From: Ranitomeya imitator
Lineage: Eukaryota
Assembly (NCBI RefSeq): GCF_032444005.1
Contig: NC_091282.1
Coordinates: 1,129,516,001-1,129,580,000, forward strand
Length of the DNA: 64,000 nucleotides
Reading direction: 5' to 3'
Shown: piece by piece, positions 36,271 through 46,295 of the stretch
Layout of the letters: each line of letters opens with the position of its first letter
How positions within the stretch are numbered: the first letter of the stretch is position 1
Made by a program: the position numbers and the translations under genes
The notes under the pieces: model-generated
The model's input: only the letters and a program-made list of their open reading frames with translations
The model's database searches: none
What the model was told of the DNA's origin: nothing

Positions 36271-37265
36271 GGCCGGTTTCACACGTCAGTGGCTCCGCTA
36301 CGTGAGGTGACAGTTTCCTCACGTACCGGAGACACTGACTCACGTAGACACATTAAAATCAATTTGTCCCTGCACATGTCAGCGTGTTTTCACGGACCGT
36401 GTGTCCGTTGTAAAAACACGGAGACATGTCAGTGTTCGTGGGAGCGCACGTATTACACGGACCCATTAAAGTCAATGGGTCTGTGTAAAACACGTACCGC
36501 ACACGGATGCTGTCTGTGTGCAGTCCGTGTGCCGTGCAGGAGACAGCGCTACTGTAAACGCTGTTCCCCCCGCGTGTGGTGCTGAAGCCCCATTCATTTA
36601 TTCTCTCCAGCAGCGTTTGCTGGAAAGAAGGAATGAATAATCTTTTTTTTTAATTTATTTTTGTTTTTAAAATAAAGTTGTCGGTAATCTACTTACCCAG
36701 CTCCCTCGGCGCTTACATCCTCTCAACGCCGCTGCTTGTCCTGTATGAGCGGTCACGTGGTGCCGCACATTACAGTGATGAATATGCGGCTCCACCTCCC
36801 ATAGGGGTGGAGCCGCATATTCATTACTGTAATAAGCGGCACCATGTGACCGCTCATACAAGACAAGCAGCGACGCTGAGAGGATGTAAGCGCCGAGGGT
36901 GCTGGGTAAGAATTTTAATGCCAGCGGGGGGGCGCACAGGGGGTGGGAGGGGGCAGATTACCGGCAACTTTATTTTAAAAACAAAAATAAATAAAAAAAA
37001 AATATTATTCATTCCTTCTTTCCAGCGAACGCTGCAGGGAAGAAGGGATGAATACTGGCTCCAGCACCGCATGCAGGGGACAGCGCTTAACTCTAGCGCT
37101 GTCTCCTGCACGGTCCATGTGGTCCTCAGTCGGCACACGGGTGGCACACAGCTGCGGCACGTGTGCCACACTGATGTTCAACGTAAGCACACGGACACAC
37201 GGACATGGATAATTCCGGTACCGATTTTTCCGGTACCGGAATTATCTGGACGTGTGAGACTGGCC
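36271..37265. mobile_element. Harbinger-type palindromic MITE (family of 33170-34184)
   Basis: Starts GGCCGGTTTCACACGTCAGTGGCTCCGCTACG, as the 33170 copy does apart from one base; flanks TCA / TTA. Confidence 0.8.
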
Positions 37266-37665
37266 TTAGGATTCTCCCTTGCCAGTGGACGGTCATGTCA
37301 GCACAAGCATGAGATTTGTATACTTCTGACCACATTCCGACTAGACGTGCCCGGCCTCGCTCAGTTCATTTTCAATGAGTGAGGCCACACATGTCTAGTC
37401 AGCACGTGACCGCATGTATGTAAATCGCCAGCACAAGAGAATCCTGACAGCGTGCAGTGCACACTGTGAGAACTCAGAAGTCTGCAGTCACAAAGAATGA
37501 CAGCAGACTCATTACAAAGCTGGACATTCCCTTTAATGCTCCTAACATAAATAAAACCATGAGAGTTAGTCAGTATCACAAATAACATTACATCCAGGTA
37601 CCTTATAGATGACGTCGTCTCTGCAGCTATTCTTCTTTTCTTCATCTTGTCCAGACCACCCCTTA

Positions 37666-38690
37666 TGCACTTAATCTTCGGTGTCTTTTGCTCCACTGGA
37701 GCACTTATCACCAGTGTTGGCCTCTGCAGCGCAAGTGAGCGACATCAGTAGCATGATCTTATCACGCTGCTCACGTCACTCTGACCCGGCAGTCAGAGCC
37801 TCAGTTGGACTCACTTCTGAAAGATGCGACTACAATTGATCCCTGGGCAGGGTCAGACACTGACAGCTTGGGGCCCCTGTGCAAGAACAGTGTCTGGGCC
37901 CCCTCCTTTTATGGCGACAAAGCTATATATATATATAGCCACACGCACATACATGTGTATATATTACATACCGTATATACTCGAGTTTAAGCCGACCCGA
38001 GTATAAGCCGAGGCACCTAATTTTGCCATGGAAAAGTGGGTAAGCTTATTGACTCAAATATAAGCCGGATATGCATTGTCCTCTCATTCCTATCCCAGAA
38101 TGTGTGGTTCCCCCATCTTGTCCTGCTCTATGTGGCTCCCCCTGTTGTATGCATGGCTCGGCTCCCCCTCCCATCTTGTATGCATGGCTCTGTTCCCCCC
38201 CAGTCCCATCCTGTATGAATGGCTCTGCTCCCCCCTGTCCCATCTTGTATGCATGGCTCTGCTCCCCCCTGTCCCATCTTGTATGCATGGCTCTGCTCCC
38301 CCCTGTCCCATCTTGTATGCATGGCTCTGTTCCCCCAGTCCCATCTTGTATGCATGGCTCTGTTCCCCCAGTCCCATCTTGCATGCATGGCTCTGTTTCC
38401 CCACAGTCCCATCCTGTATGCATGGCTCTGTTCCCCCCCAATCCCATCTTGTATGCATGGCTCTGTTCCCCCCAGTCCCATCTTGTATGCATGGCTCTGT
38501 TCTCTCCTGTCCCATCTTGTATGCATGGCTCTGTTCCCCCCAAGTCCCATCTTGTATGCATGGCTCTGTCCCCCCCAGTCCCATCCTGTATGCATGGCTC
38601 TGTCCCTCCCTGTCCCATCTTGTATTCATGGCTGATGGCTCTGTTCCTCCCCAAGTCCCATCTTGTATGCATGGCTCCCCATCCATCCCC
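37666..38690 (+). repeat. Copy 1 of an internal direct duplication (copy 2 starts at 40098)
   Basis: Both copies start TGCACTTAATCTTCGGTG (offset 2432 bp) and include a (TA)n, the left end of a pogo/Tc2-like MITE (TA|CCGTATATACTCGAG at 37971 and 40421) and a minisatellite. Confidence 0.9.
38128..38690. repeat. Minisatellite, ~33-bp unit (GTATGCATGGCTCTGTTCCCCCCAGTCCCATCTT)
   Basis: Visible tandem array; the same unit occurs at 40590-41160 and 41957-41993. Confidence 0.95.
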
Positions 38691-39339
38691 CCTCTTCCCC
38701 CTTCGTCCTCCTCCATTCTCCTCTGTTCTCTCTCATACTCACCTTTCTCAGTCACACCGCGCCGAAAGTCCCTCCACCTGTGTCCCGGCACTGCAGCTTC
38801 TTCCTGAGTGAGCGATCATGTGGTACCGCTCATTAAGGTCATGAATATGCATCCATATTCATGACCTTAATGAGCGGTACCATGTAACCGCTCAGCACAG
38901 GAAGAATCTGCCAGCGCTGAGACTCCTCACACTGTCCTCTCACACTGTGTCCCCCCTATAGGGCCCAGTATTTATGCTGTACTCTGTCATCACACTCCCC
39001 CTCCTAGGTATACTGTCCCCTCCTGGCTTTGTCCTTACACTGTCCCCCCATGCTACACCCCCACTACTCAGTTTCTATTCTGTGCCAACTCACTTTTCTC
39101 CCCCATACTGTCTCCTCACACTATTCCCCTCCTTCCTCATACTGTGTCCTCTCACATCCCTCCTGTTCACTTTACTGTCTCCTCCTCATATATTTCCCCC
39201 TCACTTTCTATACTGCCTGCTCACCTGACTCTCCATACTGTGTCTGCACACATCCCATCACCCTCTCTCACCGTACTCTGTACGCATACACTTTTCACAT
39301 CACTACTCATACTGGGTTCACATACATTCGCCTTTCGCT

Positions 39340-39870
39340 CCCCACACTGTCTGCACCCATCCCCCATACTGTTTCCTCAGACATGCCCCCCATTCCCCAG
39401 TACTGTTTCCTCATACATCCCCCCATTCTCCCATATTGTTTTCTTGTATATGCCCCCCATACTGTTTCCTCATACATGCCCCCATTCCCCCATACTGTTT
39501 CCTCATACATGCCCCCATTCCTCCATACTGTTTTCTCGTACATGCCCCCATTCCTCCATACTTTTTCTTGTACATGCCCCCATTCCCCTGTACCGTTTCC
39601 TCATACATGTCCTCCATTCCCCAGTACTGTTTCCTCATATATGCCCTCCATTCCCCAATACTGTTTCCTCATACATGCCCCCCGTTGCCCAGTACTGTTT
39701 CCTCATACATGCCCCTCATTCTTCCATACTGTTTTCTCGTACATTCCCCCATTCCACTGTACTGTTTCCTCATACATGCCCTCCATTCCCGCATATTGTT
39801 TCCTCACACATACCCTCCATTCCCCAGCACTGTTTCCTCATACATGCCCCCCATTCCCAAGTACTGTTTC
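39340..39870. repeat. Degenerate minisatellite, ~31-bp unit (CATACATGCCCCCATTCCCCATACTGTTTCCT)
   Basis: Visible tandem units; ends approximate. Confidence 0.85.
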
Positions 39871-40097
39871 CCCACCTCCCCTTTGCTCTTCATTTTGTGT
39901 CCTCAAATCTCCTCCACACATTAAATCCCCCCATCATCACTACAAATCTCCCCACACACAATAACCCCACCCCCACTCAAATTCTCCACACACATAATAA
40001 ATCTCCCCCATCCCCACACGATAAATCTTCCCATCCCCACTCAAATTCTCCACACATAATAAATCTCCCCATCCCCACTCCAATTCTTCCCCCCCCG

Positions 40098-40354
40098 TGC
40101 ACTTAATCTTCGGTGTCTTTTGCTCCACTGGAGCACTTATCACCAGTGTTGGCCTCTGCAGCGCAAGTGAGTGACATCAGTAGTATGATCTGATCACGCT
40201 GCTCATGTCACTCTGACCCGGCAGTCAGAGCCTCAATAGGACTCACTTCTGAAAGATGCGAGTACAATTGATCCCTGGGCAGGGTCAGACACTGACAGCT
40301 TGGGGCCCCTGTGCAAGAACTGTGTCTGGGCCCCCTCCTTTTATGGCAACAAAG

Positions 40355-40386
<32 letters not shown>

Positions 40387-41993
40387 CCACACACACACAT
40401 ACATGTGTATATATTACATACCGTATATACTCGAGTATAAGCCGACCCAAGTATAAGCCGAGGCACCTAATTTTGCCACGGAAAACTGGGTAAGCTTATT
40501 GACTCAAGTATAAGCCGGATATGCATTGTCCTCTCATTCCTATCCCAGTATGTGTGGTTCCCCCCATCCTGTCCTGCTCTATGTGGCTCCCCCTGTTGAA
40601 TGCATGGCTCGGCTCCCCCATCCCATCTTCTATGCATGGCTCTGTTCCCCCAGTCCCATCCTGTATGCATGGCTCTGCTCCCCCCCTGTCCCATCTTGTA
40701 TGCATGGCTCTGTTCCCCCCAGTCCCATCTTGTATGCATGGCTCTGTTCCCCCCAGTCCCATCTTGTTGTATGCATGGCTCTGTTCCCCCAGTCCCATCT
40801 TGTATGCATGGCTCTGTTCCCCCCCAGTCCCATCTTGTATGCATGGCTCTGTTCCCCCCCAGTCCCATCTTGTATGCATGGCTCTGTTCCCCCTAAGGCC
40901 CATATTCTATGCATGGCTCTCTTCCCCCCAGTCCCATCTTGTAAGCATGGCTCTGTTCCCCCAGTCCCATCTTGTATGCATGGCTCTGTTCCCCCCAGTC
41001 CCATCTTGTATGCATGGCTCAGTTCCCCCCCAGTCCCATCTTGCATGTATGGCTGTGTTCCCCCCAGTCCCATCTTGTATGCATGGCTCTGTTCCCCCCA
41101 ATCCCTTCTTGTATGCATGGCTCTGTTCCCCCCAAGTCCCATCTTGTATGCATGGCTCTGTGTTGTGAATTCTGTTGTCAAGCTCCCTCTTGTGGTCGTG
41201 AATGGTACTTCGGCGAGTTCCGTCTATGGGCTCCCTCTGGTGGCTATGAGTGAAGCTGCGGCTTCTGAGGTTCCTTACACAGGTGACGTGGTTTATCCTT
41301 TGGTTGGCTGTTCTATTTAACTCCTTTCAGATCGTTACTCTAGGCCAGCTGTCAATGTTTTTGCATTCGTTCAGTTCGCTCCTGGATCTCTCTGGTGACC
41401 TGCCTTCTCCTGCAGAAGCTAAGTTCCTTATTGTCTTATTTTGTTCTCTGTTTTCTTGTCCAACTGGTTTTCATGATTTTGTCTTGCTAGCTGGAAGCTC
41501 TGGGATGTAGAGTGGCCCCTCCGCACCGTGAGTCGATGCGGAGGTCTTTTTTGCACACTCTGCGTGGTCTTTGTAGGTTTTTGTGCTGATCGCAAAGTTA
41601 CCTTTCCTATCCTCTGTCTATTTAGTTAGTCTGGCCTCCCTTTGCTGAAAACCTGTTTTCATTTCTGCATTTGTGACTTTCATCTTTACTCACAGTCAAT
41701 ATATGTGGGGGGCTTCCTTTACCTTTGGGGAATTTCTCTGAGGCAAGGTAGGCTTTATTTTCCTTCTCTAGGGCTAGATAGCCCTTAGGCTGTGACGAGG
41801 CGCCTAGGTCTGGTCAGGAGCGCTCCACGGCTATTTCTAGTGTGTGTGATAGGATTAGGGCTTGCGGTCAGCAGAGTTCCCACATCCCAGAGTTCGTCCT
41901 GTATGTGGTTTAACTATCAGGTCATTCCGGGTGCTCCTAACCACCAGGTCATAACAGCTCTGTTCCCCCCTGTCCCATCTTGTTTGCATGGCT
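40098..41993 (+). repeat. Copy 2 of the internal duplication, with a solo LTR in its minisatellite
   Basis: Aligns to 37666 onward; minisatellite 40590-41160 resumes at 41957. Confidence 0.9.
41161..41956. mobile_element. Solo LTR (Gypsy-like)
   Basis: TGTTGTGAATTC..GGTCATAACA termini; GCTCTG on both sides (TSD length 4-6 bp is ambiguous because the target is a repeat). Confidence 0.85.
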
Positions 41994-42354
41994 CCTGGCG
42001 CCCTAGGCACGTGCCCTCAAGTGCATAGTGGCAAATATGGCCCTGTGAGTAGGGCTGGTTTTAGGCAAAGTGTGACCCTAGGCAAAAGTTTAAAATGGGG
42101 CCACAAATGCTAACATATTGCACTTAACACAGAAGCATTTCTGTTGTATTTACATGCGCTGAGCTCAGGCCGCTAAATGAGTGTGATCGACAGTATTGAA
42201 GTCGTTTGCTTGTTTCCCGGTCTTTTTACACCAACTGAGAAAGAATGATGGGAACAGAACAATCACTATTAGATCAATCTGTCCCCATACAGTATCTACA
42301 GTTTACACCGGCGATACGCAGCTGTGAACAAGGATTTTGCTTGTTTAGTATAAT

Positions 42355-43380
42355 ACACCCCATAGTCCTCCACGTAGTATAATGTGCACCACAGTCCTCC
42401 ATATTGTAAAATGCACACCCCATAGTCCTCCATATAATATAATGTGCCCCATGGTCCTCCATATAGTATAATACACTCCCCATAGTCCTCCAGATAGTAT
42501 AATACAAACTGTATAGTATTCCATATACTGTATGAAAATGCACTCCTCAGTCCTCCACATAGTATTATACAATACCCATTAGTCCTCCATATAGTATAAT
42601 ACACTCCTCATAGTCCTTCATATATTAAAATAAGCTGCTCAGTCCTCCATATAGTATAATACTCACCTCATAGTGCTTCATATAACATTATACACTCCCC
42701 ATAGTTTTCCATATAGAATAATACACTCCTCAGTCCTCCATATAGTATAATACACTCCTCAGTTCTCCATATAGTATAATACACTCCTCATAGTCCTTCA
42801 TATAGCATAATACACTTTCATAGTCCTCCATATATTAAAATGCACTTAGTCCTCCATATAGTATAATATACTACTCAGTCCTCCATATAGTATAATACAC
42901 TCCTCATAATCCTCCATTTATTAAAATACACTGGTCAGTCCTCCATATAGTATAATACACTCCTCAGTCCTCCATATATTAAAATACACTCAGTCCTCCA
43001 TATAGTATAATACACTCCCCAGTCCCTCACATAGTATAATACACTCCTCATAGTCCTCCATATATTAAAATACACTGCTCAGTCCTCCATATAGTATAAT
43101 ACACTCCTCAGTCCTCCATATAGTATAATACACTCATCAGTCCTCCATATAGTATAATACATGCCTCAGTCCTCCATATAGTATAATACACTCCTCATAG
43201 TCCTCCATTTCTTAAAATACTCTGCTCAGTCCTCCATATAGAATAATACACTCCCCATAATCCTCCATTTAGTATAATACACTCCTCATAGTCCTCCATA
43301 TATTAAAATACACTCAGTCCTCCATATAGTATAATACACTCCTTATAGTCCTCCATATATTAAAATACCTCCCCATAGAA
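42355..43380. repeat. Minisatellite, ~29-32-bp unit (CAGTCCTCCATATAGTATAATACACTCCT)
   Basis: About 30 visible units with length variants. Confidence 0.95.
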
Positions 43381-43399
43381 TATAATGTAGCCCCATCAA

Positions 43400-43515
43400 A
43401 GAGTATTATTATTATGATTATTATTATTATTATTTATTGTTATAGCGCCATTTATTCCATGGCGCTTTACATGTGAGGAGGGGTATACATAATAAAAACA
43501 AGTACAATAATCTTG
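43400..43515 (-). mobile_element. L2 LINE 3'-end fragment
   Basis: Reverse complement of the L2 3' UTR and (AAT)n tail seen at 17340-17436. Confidence 0.8.
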
Positions 43516-44020
43516 ATGCAAAGTATGATGCAATCCTTCCTCATAAAATCTAATACAGCCCTCCCCCATACAATATAATGTAGCCCCCTCCCAACAATGG
43601 CCCCACAGTCCAGTACTCACTGATATATTTTTTAAAAAAAATACACACAATCCTCACCTCTCCTCGAGCCCCGCGCTGCTCCCGGCTCGGCTCCGGTCTC
43701 AGTGGCTGCAGTCTGCCCAGCACATATCAGGTAAGCGATGAAGTGACGTCATCGCGCACCAGCAGTGTCAGGCCGGCTTCACACTCAGCGTATGAAAATA
43801 CGGTCCGTATATTACGGCCGTAATACGCTGAAAAGTCCCGAAAATAGTGGTCCGTAGCTCCTCCGTAGGCAGGGTGTTTCAGCGTTTTTTGCGCATGGCA
43901 TCCTCCGTATGTAATCCGTATGTCATCCGTACTGCGTGTTTTTATCGCAGGCTTGTAAAACCGACATACGGATATAAAAGGGATCCATGTGTTAAAAAAA
44001 AAAAAAACATATATACTGTC

Positions 44021-44056
<36 letters not shown>

Positions 44057-44059
44057 AAA

Positions 44060-44336
44060 AATTAGAACAGCATCATATTACCAAACTTGTGGTGCAAAGC
44101 TTTCCAAACCAATATTCAAATGGTTCCAATAATATAAGAAAAAAAGGAAAACAGCACACAAAAAAAAAATAGAAAAAAGTGGGCTTTAATGCCTGGACGG
44201 CGTGGCAACGTTTCGGATTTCCAATCCTTTTTCAAGCAGCTGCTTGAAAAAGGATTGGAAATCCGAAACGTTGCCACGCCGTCCAGGCATTAAAGCCCAC
44301 TTTTTTCTATTTTTTTGTGTGCTGTTTTCCTTTTTT

Positions 44337-44342
<6 letters not shown>
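44060..44342. mobile_element. Penelope-like terminal-repeat fragment forming a loop-less ~205-bp palindrome, in (TA)n
   Basis: Palindrome ~44137-44342 centred on CAG|CTG (44239/44240); TTGAAAAAGG..CCGAAACGTT motif typical of Penelope pLTRs; (TA)n on both flanks. Related to 58555-58770. Confidence 0.6.
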
Positions 44343-44375
<33 letters not shown>

Positions 44376-44376
<1 letters not shown>

Positions 44377-44725
44377 TAGATTGTGGCCCGATTCTAACGC
44401 ATCGGGTATTCTAGAATATGCATGTCCCTGTAATATATGGACAATGATGATTCCAGAATTCGCGGCAGACTGTGCCCGTCGCTGATTGGTCAAGGCAACC
44501 TTTATGACGTCATTGTCGCCATGGCAACCATTATGATATCTACGTCGATACTGTGCCCGTCGCTGAATCAGAAACGTGAGATGTCTACGTCCTTTATGAC
44601 ATCATCGTCGCTGTGCCCGTTGCTGATTGGTCGAGGCCTGGCGGCCTCGACCAATCAGAGACGCGGGATTTCTACGTCGATGCTGTGCCTGACGGCCTCG
44701 ACCAATCAGAGAGCCGGGATTTCCA

Positions 44726-44757
<32 letters not shown>

Positions 44758-44788
44758 GGAAAAACCCTTAGACAATTATATATATAGA
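44376..44788 (-). mobile_element. Non-autonomous Helitron
   Basis: Minus strand A|TC start (44788), subterminal hairpin CCCGAT..ATCGGG and CTAG|T end (44376-44379); inserted in (TA)n; internal (GACA)n and CCAAT-containing hairpins. Confidence 0.8.
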
Positions 44789-45665
44789 TATATATGTCAG
44801 TAGACACATATATGTATATATATTAATATTTCATCCAGCGTGATATAGCAGAAAGCCGGTAATTCAATTACCGGCTTTTGCTTTCTCCTTCCTAAACCCG
44901 ACATGATATGAGACCTGGTTTACATACAGTAAACCATCTCATATCACCATTTTTTTTGCATATTCCACACTACTAATGTCAGTAGTGTGTATGTGCAAAA
45001 TTTGGCCGTTCTAACTAGTAAATTAAGGGGTTAAATGGCGGAAAAAATTGGCGTGAGCTCCCGCACAATTTTCTCCACCAGAGTGGTAAAGCCAGTGACT
45101 GAGGGCAGATATTAATAGCCTGGAGAGGGTCCATGGTTATTGGCCCCCCCCTGGCTAAAAACATCTGCCCCCAGCCACCCCAGAAAAGGCACATCTGGAA
45201 GATGCGCCTATTCTGGCACTTGGCCACTCTCTTCCCATTCCCGTGTAGCGGTGGGATATGGGGTAATGAAGGGTTAATGCCACCTTGCTATTGTAAGGTG
45301 ACATTAAGCCAAATTAATAATGGAGAGGCGTCAATTATGACACCTATCCATTATTAATCCAATACTAGTAAAGGGTTAAAAAAATACACAAACACAATAT
45401 TACACATTATTTTAATTAAATAAAAACAAAGGTTGTTTTAATATTTTATTGAAGACCCTCGTTCTGTAACAAAAAAACATAATAAACCAACAATATCCTT
45501 ACCTTCCACAGATCTGTAAAGTCCAACGATGTAAATCCATCTGAAGGGGTTAAAATATTTTGCAGACACGAGCTTTGCTAATGCAACATTGCTCATGTCT
45601 GCAAAACCCCAGAGAATGTAGGTAAAGTAGGTCAGTGACCTATATTTACCTGCATTTGCGGTGAG

Positions 45666-45751
45666 GCGCCCTCTGCTGGTTGTTCCTAGATCGTGGGAAC
45701 TATCCTAGAAAGCTCCCTGGCTCGAGATCATAAGAGGGCGCCCTCTGCTGG
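45666..45751 (-). promoter_or_regulatory. Two tandem CTCF-consensus motifs (CCAGCAGAGGGCGC)
   Basis: GCGCCCTCTGCTGG at 45666-45679 and 45738-45751; the reverse complement fits the CTCF core CCASYAGRKGGCRS. Binding is untested. Confidence 0.45.
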
Positions 45752-45904
45752 TTGTCGTCTAGCCTCGCCGCTTTTCTTTGTATCTTTGTACAGCACCCCC
45801 GGTCGTGAAGATGTTTTTTACCTTGCGTTAATAAAGTTACCCGCACCGGATTTCCAGCGAGTGCGCTCCATTCCTTCTTTGTTTCTCTGGTATATATATA
45901 TATA

Positions 45905-46295
45905 CTAGATTGTGGCCCGATTCTAACGCATCGGGTATTCTAGAATATGCATGTCCCCGTAGTATATGGACAATGATGATTCCAGAATTCGCGGCAGACT
46001 GTGCCCGTCGCTGATTGGTCGAGGCAACCTTTATGACATCATCGTCGCCATGGCAACCATTATGACATCTACATCGATACTGTGCCCGTTGCTGATTGGT
46101 CGAGGCCTGGCGGCCTCGACCAATCAGAGACGCAGGATGTCTACGTCCTTTATGACATCATCGTCGCTGTGCCCGTCGCTGATTGGTCGAGGCCTGGCGG
46201 CCTCGACCAATCAGAGACGCGGGATTTCCAGGACAGACAGACAGACAGACAGACAGACGGAAAAACCCTTAGACAATTATATATATATATATATA
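45905..46295 (-). mobile_element. Second copy of the same Helitron family
   Basis: Same 3' end (CTAGATTGTGGCCCGATTCTAACGCATCGGG on plus); 5' TC end merges into (TA)n, so the right boundary is approximate. Confidence 0.8.

Larger units (their letters stand above)
34493..37265 (+). mobile_element. Harbinger element with transposase gene but no Myb/SANT gene; right end supplied by a MITE
   Basis: Left TIR GGCTAGTTTCACA after TTA (34490-34492); right end GTGTGAGACTGGCC followed by TTA (37266-37268); transposase at 34824-36171. Confidence 0.7.
34452..42045. mobile_element. Inner hAT-type non-autonomous element (7.6 kb including nested insertions)
   Basis: TIR CAGGGCCGTATTT / AAATATGGCCCTG; exact 8-bp TSD TGAGTAGG (34444-34451, 42046-42053). 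Confidence 0.9.

Noticed and set aside
38046-41320. Multiple 130-320-aa ORFs in both strands
   Set aside because: Products of the 33-bp and 31-bp minisatellites.
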